64,000 nucleotides of DNA from an uncultured archaeon (GTDB lineage Archaea; Asgardarchaeota; Lokiarchaeia; Sigyniarchaeales; SOKP01). Within the stretch, counting starts at the first letter, position 1. Each line of letters begins with the position of its first letter. Both the position numbers and the translations under genes were made by a program. This document shows positions 50,740 through 60,305 of the stretch, piece after piece. The DNA lies in NCBI GenBank assembly GCA_964583985.1, contig CAZOYD010000001.1:67532-131531 (forward strand), written 5' to 3'. Under the pieces are notes generated by a model. It was not told the origin of the DNA, did not search any database, and saw only the letters and a program-made list of their open reading frames with translations.

Positions 50740-52101
50740 TTAAAGCTTATTATTTTTTAGCAATTCATCGATATTGTAATTAAATGCTATGGGTAATTCT
50801 CGCTCAATAAATTCCCCTGCAATGTTTGTTAACAATAAGTCCTTAATTTCCTTTTTATCTTTGGTTTGACCAAGAACCCATCCAAGTTTAACATAAGCAA
50901 CTTCTGGTAACATGTTTCTTCCGGGTATTACCCCAAGATTTTGGAGCTCTCTTCCAGTCGAATAGACGTTCATGCCCACGAAACCGTGTAAAGTTTGAGT
51001 GGTCATTAAAATGGTGATGTTTTCTTCTATCGCTCTTTTGATTGCCTTGTAGACATCGGTACTAACGTGCCCTAATCCCGTGCCAGCAAAAACAATTCCT
51101 TTATACCCACTATCAATGTAAAATTCAATTAATTCATTTTGCATCCCGGGATATGAGTAAATAAGAGCTATTTTGTTTTCGAAGCCCGTTTTGAGTACAA
51201 TTTCTCGATTGTTTCGCTTTTGGACATCATCTTTGAACAGTTTTATTTTTCTATCCTTTCTAACCATTCCAATTGGAATATCATCGATAGTTCGAAATGT
51301 GTTTCTTACAGAAGAATGCATTTTTCTAACGAGTGTTCCCCTATGAATTAATCCGTAATCATGAGATGTAGATCCAAGCATAACAACTACAACTTCTGCT
51401 ATATCTGAAGTTGCAACTGTTGCTGAATTGATAAGATTCAAGGCAGCATCAGACGAGGGTCTATCTGAACTTCTTTGACTACCGGTCAGTACAACTGGAA
51501 TTGATAAATCTTTTAGCATGAATGATAATGCCGCACTTGTAAAGCTCATTGTATCTGTTCCGTGTCCAATGATGATCCCATTTATACCTCCATCAGCGGC
51601 TTTTTTAATTTTAGTTGCTAATTGTTGCCAATATTCGGGTTTCATGTTTTCGGATAATATTTCGAACACGATTTCACAATCAAGATTACATATTTCGGCG
51701 AGTTCTGGAACAGAACTAAATAATTCTTCGGGTGTGAACGAGGGGATTACTGCTCCCGTGATGTAATCTAACCTAGACGCAACCGTCCCGCCTGTTCCTA
51801 ATAGTCGTATGTTTAAGAGATTGTCATTAATTGGGAACTTTTTTTCAGGGATCTTGTAGGTAGCTTCTCTTTTTCCGGTTTTAGTGATCTTTTTCACCTC
51901 ATTGAGATTTATACCCAGATTATAATTGTTCTTAAGCTTAATTTCAATGAAATCAGGATTTGCATATTCATTTCTAGGAAGAATGATTCCTTTCAATGTT
52001 GTTTTGATAGTTTCAATCTCAACTATATCCCAGATCCCTATTTTATTTTCTTCTAAAAACTTTTTCGTTTTACCCTTATAACCTTGTAATTTACTGGTCA
52101 T
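50740..52101 (-). CDS. gatD: Glu-tRNA(Gln) amidotransferase subunit D
   Basis: KLKNNYNLG, GTGGTVASRLDY, HGTDT, GSQRSSDRPSSD. Confidence 0.95.
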   Translation of the reverse strand: MTSKLQGYKGKTKKFLEENKIGIWDIVEIETIKTTLKGIILPRNEYANPDFIEIKLKNNYNLGINLNEVKKITKTGKREATYKIPEKKFPINDNLLNIRLLGTGGTVASRLDYITGAVIPSFTPEELFSSVPELAEICNLDCEIVFEILSENMKPEYWQQLATKIKKAADGGINGIIIGHGTDTMSFTSAALSFMLKDLSIPVVLTGSQRSSDRPSSDAALNLINSATVATSDIAEVVVVMLGSTSHDYGLIHRGTLVRKMHSSVRNTFRTIDDIPIGMVRKDRKIKLFKDDVQKRNNREIVLKTGFENKIALIYSYPGMQNELIEFYIDSGYKGIVFAGTGLGHVSTDVYKAIKRAIEENITILMTTQTLHGFVGMNVYSTGRELQNLGVIPGRNMLPEVAYVKLGWVLGQTKDKKEIKDLLLTNIAGEFIERELPIAFNYNIDELLKNNKL

Positions 52102-54021
52102 TTATTTCAATACCTCCAATCTCTTTTGAATTGCTGTTTTTAATTCTTCAGAAACAATTGCCCCATCAATTTTACCACGTACTTCTTTCATAACTTCACC
52201 CATTAAAGGTCCCATTGAACGAATTTTTTTGCTTTTTATGATTTCAATGTTATCATTGATGACCATTTCTATGACTTTTTTTAGTTCATTTACATTCATC
52301 TTTTCAATTTTTAATTTTTGTTTGATTTCTTCAATAGATAGATGAGAGTTATCTGCTTTCATAATCAACATTTCTTCAATTGCTTCTTTACTAATCTCTT
52401 TTTTTTTTAACTCCATAAATATGTCTTCAAAATCTGAATCTGCAATATTTTCTATATTCTTTCCATCTCTCCTTAAAGCAGTAGTCATTTCTGATATTAC
52501 ATTAATAATTAAGGAGGGATTTTCAGAAAAGATCTTGATTAGTTTTTCGAATAACTCAAGTTTATCATTAAAGATTAATTTCATGATTACCTTCTCTTCC
52601 AATTTATGCTTCTTCGCATATCTTTCAATTGTTAACCAGGGGTATTCTGGAAGTTTTTTTCTTATAATTTCAGCTTCTTCAGGTGGATTGAAAATAGCTT
52701 TGGAATCAGTATCAGGATATAATCGTGCTCCGCCATGTAATTCCCTCAAAAATTCAGTATTGCCATTTTCTAATGCTTTTCGTGTTTCAGGAGGGACGCC
52801 ATTAAATGACACTTTTACCCGTTGAATAATGATATCGATAGCTTTTTTGCATTCTTCTTTTAAACCTAAAATCAATAGGAAACAATCATTTTGAGAGTCT
52901 GAATTTAGATTTTTTCTAATTTTATTTAATTCCTCATTTGATAATTTATACTTGTTAAGATCTTCATCTGAATGGATCAAACCTTTCAATCCTACGAGCG
53001 TTTTTATTTTACTACTAACTTCAGTACCAAATCTATAATCCTCCATCAGTTCAATGCCGAAAATACCCTTAAAGCCTTTCAGATTAATGCCATAGAGCAT
53101 TTTTCCTTTCTTAATGCCCATTCCTATGAATCCTGAGTTATTATTAATCAGTTTTGTTAAATCTTGACCATTAGGGATAATATCATTTAGTTTTAGTTTT
53201 CTTTTTTCTAATTCTTCTTTAATTTTAACTAATCCAAGTTGTCGAGAAATTTCATGATTAATTAAAACGGGGATCCATCCTAATTTCTGAACCCCTTTTA
53301 TCTCGATCCGAGTCCCTGACTTAATGCTCACATTAATATCTTGACGTATTGAGCCTAAAACTTTTTTTACTTTTGTTGACCATAAAAGCAATCCTAATCG
53401 TTCAGCACATTCTCTACATTCATCTGGATGATTTATATCAGGATCGGTAGTGATTTCAACAAGGGGAATTCCCAATCTATCCAACCTAAAATAGTTAGTC
53501 TTGTTTTCAGTCTTAATTCTTCTAGCAGCTTCCTCTTCTAAGCTTAAAATATCAATGCCAATTTTTTTTCCATTTTTTAGCTCCACGTATCCATCTGTTC
53601 CTAAGATCATCGTTCTTTGAAATCCACACGGTACGCTACCATCTAAATAATTTTTCCTGCAAACGTGCATTTCTTCAATTATATTGGCGTTTAATAGCAT
53701 TGCTACTTCCAACGCAATTTTTCGTGCCTCTTCATTGCATGAAAAGGGAGGAGTATCATCCATTTCATAAGTACATATCACGTCATTATAACCCTCATAT
53801 ATAACATCCATGCCTTTTTCATATTCTGTTAGCATTGCTTTATCAAACGTCCCCATTTCTCCTAAGACAGGTCGCATTAATCTTTTAATGGTAAAATCGG
53901 GTTCTTTTGTTCCTTGGAGATTTGTTGGACACCTGCAAAACAGTTTAGTATTAGTATCAAGTTGTTGATGTATTTCTAAGCCACATTTGAGGCCTAACTC
54001 TTTATAATTAAATTGTTTCAT
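52102..54021 (-). CDS. gatE: Glu-tRNA(Gln) amidotransferase subunit E
   Basis: GLKCGLEIHQQL, KLFC, GFQRT, LDRLGIPLVEI, GVPPETR, RLYPDTD. Confidence 0.95.
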   Translation of the reverse strand: MKQFNYKELGLKCGLEIHQQLDTNTKLFCRCPTNLQGTKEPDFTIKRLMRPVLGEMGTFDKAMLTEYEKGMDVIYEGYNDVICTYEMDDTPPFSCNEEARKIALEVAMLLNANIIEEMHVCRKNYLDGSVPCGFQRTMILGTDGYVELKNGKKIGIDILSLEEEAARRIKTENKTNYFRLDRLGIPLVEITTDPDINHPDECRECAERLGLLLWSTKVKKVLGSIRQDINVSIKSGTRIEIKGVQKLGWIPVLINHEISRQLGLVKIKEELEKRKLKLNDIIPNGQDLTKLINNNSGFIGMGIKKGKMLYGINLKGFKGIFGIELMEDYRFGTEVSSKIKTLVGLKGLIHSDEDLNKYKLSNEELNKIRKNLNSDSQNDCFLLILGLKEECKKAIDIIIQRVKVSFNGVPPETRKALENGNTEFLRELHGGARLYPDTDSKAIFNPPEEAEIIRKKLPEYPWLTIERYAKKHKLEEKVIMKLIFNDKLELFEKLIKIFSENPSLIINVISEMTTALRRDGKNIENIADSDFEDIFMELKKKEISKEAIEEMLIMKADNSHLSIEEIKQKLKIEKMNVNELKKVIEMVINDNIEIIKSKKIRSMGPLMGEVMKEVRGKIDGAIVSEELKTAIQKRLEVLK

Positions 54022-54093
54022 AAAAGATCATCATAATATTTTAAACAATAATAATAACAAGATCTAATCAAGTAGGAAAATTTAAAATTATTA

Positions 54094-55719
54094 TTAAAAA
54101 ACTAAGTTTTTTGCGACATATGGTCCATCTGATTTGTAACCTAATTTATAAAACCAGTTTCTTGCCCCTACTCCGCTGATAACTGCTAATTTTTTTGCAT
54201 CATACTCTTCTCTTGATATTTTTTCTGCTTCTTCCATAAGTAACTTACCAAAACCACGGTGTTGAATCTGGTTAAAATAATTAGGAATCGTCTCTGTTGG
54301 AACAATTTCACCGACAATTCTAATTTCTCTTACAATTAATGTCTTCCCATCATTTAACTCAGATCTATGTGAAAGTTCAGAAGGTTTTCGCAATCGCAAG
54401 TAACCTATTAATAAATCATCCTTTTCATATGAAAGAAATATTTCATCTCCTTGGGATGCTTCATAATTTAATCTCTTTAACTTAAATTCTTTAAAATTGT
54501 TTTCAAAATATGGTTCTTTATTAAAAGCGAATCCATACTCTCGACATCTGATACATTTACATTTTGAGTTGGTCTGATCCAATCTCAACTTTACTAACTG
54601 TCTTAAGTTACTTTTATTACATCCCGCCTCGATTAATGGAGCTGGTATATCTCTCATTATTCTTTGAATTCTAACATAAGGGGGGATTTCTTTTTTAACT
54701 CGTGCAATCAAATCTATTAATCGATCAGTCGAGTATGGATGATATATGCCGTTTTTCCACCATTCATATAATTCCGTGCCTTTTATCACCAAACACGGAT
54801 ATATTTTTAGCATGTCTGGTTTATAGTCCGAATTAGAAAATAATATATGAAATAGCTTTAAATCTCGATCAAAATTTGAACCAGGCAAGTTCGGCATAAT
54901 ATGGGCATTAATTTTAAGCCCGGCGTCTCGAGCAATTCTTATTGCTTCAACACTATCCTTTGTAGTATGTCCTCGGTTTACTAACTCAAAAACGTCATCA
55001 AAAACGGTTTGAATCCCAAGTTCTACACGTGTTACTCCATAAGATAACATTCTATCAACATGTTCTTCTTTACAGTAATCGGGTCTTGTCTCAATAGTTA
55101 AACCAATTAACCGTCGTTTTGAGTTTTCGGCCAATCGTTTCGCTTCATTTAAATTGGATACTTTTTTCTGCAGAATACCTTCATAGGCTCCTTGAATGAA
55201 TGATTCTTGATAATTGAGTGGAGTAGATAAAAACGTACCACCCATACAAATCAGTTCGACCTTATCTATAGCATGACCAATCGCTTCTAGATCAGTTATT
55301 CTGCTTTGAACTTGTTTATAGGAATCATATTGATTATTAATGGATCGGAGTGCGGCAGGTTCTTGTCCTGTATAAGATTGGGCTACTTTTTGCCCAGGTT
55401 GAGATTTTTGTCCTGGACAGTATATGCAAGTACCTGGGCAAGGAAGTGGTTTTGTCATAATAGCAATTACTGAAACTCCCGAGATTGTTCGTGTCTTTCT
55501 TCTTTTAAGTAGTGGCGTTATAATTCTTTTTTCTTCACTTGAAGCGAATTGTAAAATAGTTGCATTCTTTATGACGTTATCAAGAAAATATTTTTTTCCT
55601 ATTTTTCCCTTTAAAGTTGTAATTTTATGACGTGGTGTATTGGGGTTTTCAATTAAAAAATTTATCATTTCTCGAGAAATCTTTTCCAGTTTATCAGAAT
55701 CATCAAAATCTTCAACCAT
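54094..55719 (-). CDS. elp3: Elp3 tRNA U34 acetyltransferase (radical SAM + KAT)
   Basis: RTISGVSVIAIMTKP, CPGTCIYCPG, SYTGQEPA, ETRPD, QHRGFGKLLM. Confidence 0.95.
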   Translation of the reverse strand: MVEDFDDSDKLEKISREMINFLIENPNTPRHKITTLKGKIGKKYFLDNVIKNATILQFASSEEKRIITPLLKRRKTRTISGVSVIAIMTKPLPCPGTCIYCPGQKSQPGQKVAQSYTGQEPAALRSINNQYDSYKQVQSRITDLEAIGHAIDKVELICMGGTFLSTPLNYQESFIQGAYEGILQKKVSNLNEAKRLAENSKRRLIGLTIETRPDYCKEEHVDRMLSYGVTRVELGIQTVFDDVFELVNRGHTTKDSVEAIRIARDAGLKINAHIMPNLPGSNFDRDLKLFHILFSNSDYKPDMLKIYPCLVIKGTELYEWWKNGIYHPYSTDRLIDLIARVKKEIPPYVRIQRIMRDIPAPLIEAGCNKSNLRQLVKLRLDQTNSKCKCIRCREYGFAFNKEPYFENNFKEFKLKRLNYEASQGDEIFLSYEKDDLLIGYLRLRKPSELSHRSELNDGKTLIVREIRIVGEIVPTETIPNYFNQIQHRGFGKLLMEEAEKISREEYDAKKLAVISGVGARNWFYKLGYKSDGPYVAKNLVF

Positions 55720-55799
55720 CTAGTAAACATAGTTTTTATAATAGGATAAATTTTTTGATAAGTTGACAAAAAAACTGAGTGAATTTTTAGATTCATAAC

Positions 55800-56636
55800 T
55801 CAAATTCTTATTTTTTTTCCTGTGAAATCCCTTTTAAATTTACCAAAATCATCCATTTTACTTAGTTGAGATAGACTAAAAATAGGACCGTCCTTACATA
55901 CTAACATTCCAACGGGATCAATGTTACAAAGTCCGCATAAGCCGCAACCACATCTCATAATTCTCTCCAAACTGGCGAATAATTCTATTCCTTGCATTTT
56001 ACAGATTTGAAAGAGCTTATGCATCATAATTTCTGGACCACATGTATATACAATAATATTCTTCAGATCGTCTTGGTTAAATTTACTAATAATTTCTTCA
56101 AAGACATTCGTTGGAAAACCTTTTTGACCATAAGAACCGTCGTCTGTACAATATAAAAATGCGTTATTTTTGTTTTTTAAATCGAACGACTTATCTAAAA
56201 ATATTAATTCATTCTTATTTTTTGCTCCTTCAATTACTTTAAACATGAAGCCAGACTCTTTTAATCGATTTGCAAGGAATTTTAACGGAGCCATACCGGT
56301 ACCTCCTCCAATTAAAAATATGTGCTTTGATGATTTAGAGGGCATTTTAAAATGATTACCAAGTGGACCTCTTATCCCAATATAATCTCCAATTTTTAAT
56401 TCTTGCAGAGCATTTGTGCATTCTCCGACTTTTTTAACCGTAATTGACCAATTGCCACTTTTCTCGTGATCGGATATTGACATAGGAATCTCATCTACTC
56501 CCGGTACCCATATCATAACAAATTGGCCTGGTTTTGGAGTGGGATAATTCTCCAATTTGAAGGTAATTGTTTTTACGGCAGAGCATTCTTCGATAATTCG
56601 ATTAATTTTTACAGTTTTTATTATATTTTCAGTCAA
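55800..56636 (-). CDS. pyrK: Dihydroorotate dehydrogenase electron transfer subunit
   Basis: PGQFVMIW, RGPLGN, GGGTGMAP, CGPEIM, MRCGCGLCGLC...CKDGP. Confidence 0.93.
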   Translation of the reverse strand: MTENIIKTVKINRIIEECSAVKTITFKLENYPTPKPGQFVMIWVPGVDEIPMSISDHEKSGNWSITVKKVGECTNALQELKIGDYIGIRGPLGNHFKMPSKSSKHIFLIGGGTGMAPLKFLANRLKESGFMFKVIEGAKNKNELIFLDKSFDLKNKNNAFLYCTDDGSYGQKGFPTNVFEEIISKFNQDDLKNIIVYTCGPEIMMHKLFQICKMQGIELFASLERIMRCGCGLCGLCNIDPVGMLVCKDGPIFSLSQLSKMDDFGKFKRDFTGKKIRI

Positions 56637-57556
56637 AAATCGGGCACCTTTTGTGTTTCAAAGTTATGAGATAATCCTTTTATCTCAGTTAAATTTTTAA
56701 AATTATTTAATGTTAGATATTCTCTTATCCCTGAGTTGATCTTTTCAACTATATCAAAGCCTTGATATAAGATTGAACCAATTTGTATAGCTGTAGCTCC
56801 AGCAAGAAAAAATTCAATAGCATGTTCCCATTTAGATATACCACCACATCCAATTATGGGAATCTTTAAAATCTTATAAAGATCATAGACTTTTTTCACG
56901 GCGATTGGGTGAATGGCCCTTCCAGAAAGTCCTCCGCTTCCGTGGGACAGAATTGGTCTCATTGTGTTAATATCAATCACCATTCCTGCTAAGGTATTTA
57001 TTGCAACAACGCCATCAGCACCTCCTTCTTGGGCAGCGAGAGCAATCTCACAGATATCAGTGACGTTAGGGTTTAATTTCACAAATAAAGGAATCGATAA
57101 TTTTTCCTTAAGAAGTTTCGTGAGGTTAAACGTGAGATCTTTACTTATACCAATAGAAGAAACCTCAGCATGTGGACAAGATATGTTAATTTCGATTGCA
57201 TCTGCTCCTGCCTTTTGTGCTTTTAATGCTACATCTAAATATGATTCATTAGTATCACCAAATACACTCACTATTAAAGGAATATTATTTACTTTAATCT
57301 CTTTTATTTCTGAGATGAAGTTCTCGATTCCAGGATTCCCTAATCCTACACTATTTAGGAAGGTCCCCGGAAAAATTTCTATAATTGAAGGATTTTTATA
57401 TCCTTTTCTGGGTTTTGGACCAATAGATTTTGTTGTTATCGCCCCTAAGCCTGTATCCATAAGTTTCTTCATATTGGAAAAAGAAACTCCTAATATACCG
57501 GAAGCTAGAATGATTGGTGATTTTAAATTTAAACCCGATAAAATTACCTTTAGCAT
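56633..57556 (-). CDS. pyrD: Dihydroorotate dehydrogenase catalytic subunit (class 1B)
   Basis: Start MLKVIL at 57556; ASG, TKS, NSVGLGNPG, EINISCPH, KLNPN, GGLSG. Confidence 0.93.
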   Translation of the reverse strand: MLKVILSGLNLKSPIILASGILGVSFSNMKKLMDTGLGAITTKSIGPKPRKGYKNPSIIEIFPGTFLNSVGLGNPGIENFISEIKEIKVNNIPLIVSVFGDTNESYLDVALKAQKAGADAIEINISCPHAEVSSIGISKDLTFNLTKLLKEKLSIPLFVKLNPNVTDICEIALAAQEGGADGVVAINTLAGMVIDINTMRPILSHGSGGLSGRAIHPIAVKKVYDLYKILKIPIIGCGGISKWEHAIEFFLAGATAIQIGSILYQGFDIVEKINSGIREYLTLNNFKNLTEIKGLSHNFETQKVPDF

Positions 57557-57626
57557 TACATTATAATTTAAGAAAGTATTATTATTATTATTATTTGAGA
57601 AAATCAAATTGCAAGTTGGTTGAAAA

Positions 57627-58859
57627 ATGAACTGTTTTATCATTGATACTTTATTAGGAATCTATGCCTTGGATGAGGGAGAAACAATTGTCAATTTTAT
57701 TGACTTTAGCAAAGATGAAAAGAAAGCTATTGATTTTTTCAAATCTTTAAAGGAAAAAAGTATCAGTAAGGAATATGAACAATTTCTCCAAGAAATCAGT
57801 AGTTCTGGGTTTGATAATTTAATTTTTGATAACGAGATATTAGCAAAAACTACGAATATCAATTTGGGATTAAAAATAACTCTTACCCCTGAAGACTTAG
57901 AATTCAGAAATTTTCGATTGAATTTAAAAGAGCAACTTAAAAAAATTGGAAATTACCAGAGCTTAGATGATCTCTCATACCATTTTAAACGTGTTCAAGA
58001 AATTTTAATCAAAACCAATATCAGAGAAGCTGGAGGAAAAGAGGATTTAATAATAATTCAAGTTACTGAATCACTTGAAATTGTAAAAAAGTCAATAAGC
58101 TTATTTGCAAGTCGATTAAAGGAGTGGTATGGATTGCATTTTCCTGAATTAACTGATAAATTGATCGAAGACAATATAATTTTAGCGAAAATGATTGATA
58201 GAATAGGTCATCGAGATAATTACACACTAGACAATATTAATCTATATTTTGATTTCAAGGATGAAAGAAGTGAGATGCTGCAAGGATTAGCAGCTCGTTC
58301 TATGGGAGCAGATATAGATCTTACTATTATTAAAAAATATGCTCAAGAGATTTTAGATTTAGATGTTTTTCGGGAAGAACTTGAACAATATCTTGAAGAA
58401 TTAATGATGGAAGCAGCACCTAATCTTACAACACTTATTGGGAGTTTGATTGGAGCAAAATTGATAGCAAAAGCTGGAAGCCTGAAAAATTTAGCTTATA
58501 TGCCCGCCTCAAGGATTCAGCTTTTAGGAGCTGAAAAAGCATTATATAGATTTCTTAAAACTGGTGAAAAAAGACCAAAACATGGATTAATTTTTCAGTG
58601 GAATTTAATTAGAGGAAGTAAAGCTTATATCCGCGGAAAAATTTCCAGAGTTATTTCAGGGAAAATAGGAATTGCTTCAAAAGTAGATTTTTTTAAAGGA
58701 GCCTTCATAGGAGATATTTTAGCAAGAGAAAGTGAGGAAAAAATTAAAGAACTGGAAATGAAATATCCTAAACCGCCCGTAAAAAAAAGTCAGGTGCAAA
58801 CAAAATCAAAATCAAATAAAATGCAAGCAAAGAAGAAACCTAGAAGGAGGGAAAGCTAA
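57627..58859 (+). CDS. nop5: Box C/D sRNP protein Nop5 (Nop56/58)
   Basis: EWYGLHFPEL, APNL, PASRIQLLGAEKAL, PKHGLIF, RGKISR. Confidence 0.95.
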   Translation: MNCFIIDTLLGIYALDEGETIVNFIDFSKDEKKAIDFFKSLKEKSISKEYEQFLQEISSSGFDNLIFDNEILAKTTNINLGLKITLTPEDLEFRNFRLNLKEQLKKIGNYQSLDDLSYHFKRVQEILIKTNIREAGGKEDLIIIQVTESLEIVKKSISLFASRLKEWYGLHFPELTDKLIEDNIILAKMIDRIGHRDNYTLDNINLYFDFKDERSEMLQGLAARSMGADIDLTIIKKYAQEILDLDVFREELEQYLEELMMEAAPNLTTLIGSLIGAKLIAKAGSLKNLAYMPASRIQLLGAEKALYRFLKTGEKRPKHGLIFQWNLIRGSKAYIRGKISRVISGKIGIASKVDFFKGAFIGDILARESEEKIKELEMKYPKPPVKKSQVQTKSKSNKMQAKKKPRRRES

Positions 58860-58860
58860 T

Positions 58861-59550
58861 ATGAGTAATTTTAATATTAGAACCCATCCAAAATACGCTA
58901 ACGTTTATATTTCTGGTCCTCCACACAACCTCAAGCTTTATACTAAAAATTTGGTTCCTGGAAATAAAGTATATGGGGAGAAATTGATTGAATTTAAAGG
59001 AGAAGAATACCGAGAATGGGATCCCTATAGAAGTAAATTAGCAGCCATGATATTGGAAAACCCTTTAACTGATTTCTTATCCGGCGATTTAAAATGTTTG
59101 TATTTAGGTGCATCATCAGGTACTACAATATCTCATCTTTCAGATATATTTTGTGAAGGGATAATTTATGGAGTTGAATTTTCTGAACGGAGCATGCGTC
59201 AATTAATTCAAAATACAAATAAAAGGAAAAATATTATTCCAATTTTAGGTGACGCTAATTTTCCAGAAAAATATTCTAATTCTATTTTTACGAATATTGA
59301 TATAGTTTATCAAGATGTAGCTCAACCAAACCAAGCACAGATTGCTATTGTGAACTGTGATTATTATCTTAAGGATAAAGGATTTTTAATTCTCGCAATT
59401 AAATCTCAATCAATAGATAGCGTTCAAAAACCTGAAAAAATTTATATTCAAGAAATAAAGATTTTGGAAAAAGCTGGTTATGAGATAAGTGAAAATTTTA
59501 ATATTCACAGATTTGCAGCAAATCACATTATTTTAATTGCACATAAATAA
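58861..59550 (+). CDS. flpA: Fibrillarin
   Basis: YGE, WDPYRSKLAA, LYLGASSGTTISHLSD, DVAQPNQ. Confidence 0.96.
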   Translation: MSNFNIRTHPKYANVYISGPPHNLKLYTKNLVPGNKVYGEKLIEFKGEEYREWDPYRSKLAAMILENPLTDFLSGDLKCLYLGASSGTTISHLSDIFCEGIIYGVEFSERSMRQLIQNTNKRKNIIPILGDANFPEKYSNSIFTNIDIVYQDVAQPNQAQIAIVNCDYYLKDKGFLILAIKSQSIDSVQKPEKIYIQEIKILEKAGYEISENFNIHRFAANHIILIAHK

Positions 59551-59614
59551 TCTTAGCATTACTTCTATAAGCGAATTTTGTTTTTTTCAAAAGGTGTTAA
59601 TTTTTTTAAATTAT

Positions 59615-60304
59615 TCATATAAAATCGGTAAATTTTTTCGAGTATAATTCTTCGCGAATTATTTTTTTCGTTGTTTCCCATGAATTTCTCGCAATAGGGG
59701 GAGCTTTCTTATGCGTTCTAACCCAGTCACGAAGGAAAGTAGTACTCCGCAAGTCTGATGGATACCCTGATCCAAAATCTCCATATTTATTCTTTAGTTC
59801 TTCAATGATTCTATCTCTCTTATCTTTAGCAATTATTGAACTTGCTGACACGATTGGATATGAATCATCGGCCTTATGTTTAGAAATGATTTTTTTTGGC
59901 GAATAATTTAGCAATTTAGCAATTGAACGCCCAAATCGATCTTCTTTAACATCAGCAGCGTCAATATATACAAAATCTGGTTTTAAGTGATTTATTATTT
60001 CAGCCATTTTTAATTCTTCAAGGTGATTTAATGAAATTCTAAGAGAAAGTCTTTCATCAATTTCTTTCGGTGATACAATCACGTTTTGATAAGAATAGCA
60101 TATTGATTTTATTTTTATAGATAATTCGCTTCTTTTTCTCATTGTTAATTTCTTCGAATCCTTCACTCCCAAACGTGAAAGTAAATTGATATTTTCTTCG
60201 AGAAAGCAAACACCACAAATTACCATTGGGCCTAGAACGGGTCCTGTCAACATATAATTCGATATGAATTATATTCTACCAGCCTCATCTAATCCACAGA
60301 TCAA
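59615..60304 (-). CDS. rnhB: Ribonuclease HII, interrupted by a 30-nt intron (exon 1 60304-60276, exon 2 60245-59615; 219 aa spliced)
   Basis: TTG ATC TGT GGA TTA GAT GAG GCT GGT AG|A GGA CCC = MICGLDEAGRGPVLGPMV after removing 60246-60275; DSKKL, IDAAD, HKAD, VSASSIIAK, GSGYPSD; C-terminal PIP-like KKFTDFI. Confidence 0.92.
60246..60275 (-). other. Putative BHB-type mRNA intron in rnhB
   Basis: 30-nt insert with in-frame TAA; perfect 9-bp hairpin ATATAATTC/GAATTATAT; 3-nt bulges AG|A and AC|A around a 4-bp helix UGGU/GUUG. Confidence 0.82.
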
Positions 60305-60305
60305 T

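Noticed and set aside
56913-57566. Long antisense ORFs (217 aa here; also 10299-10784, 20407-20850, 52421-52825 and others)
   Set aside because: Shadow frames opposite well-supported genes, with no motifs.
59615-60253. ORF-track call of rnhB starting MLTGPVLG, or rnhB as a pseudogene
   Set aside because: That ATG lies inside the 30-nt insert and the catalytic DEAG codons are intact upstream. The only lesion is a precisely excisable hairpin, which fits an intron better than decay.
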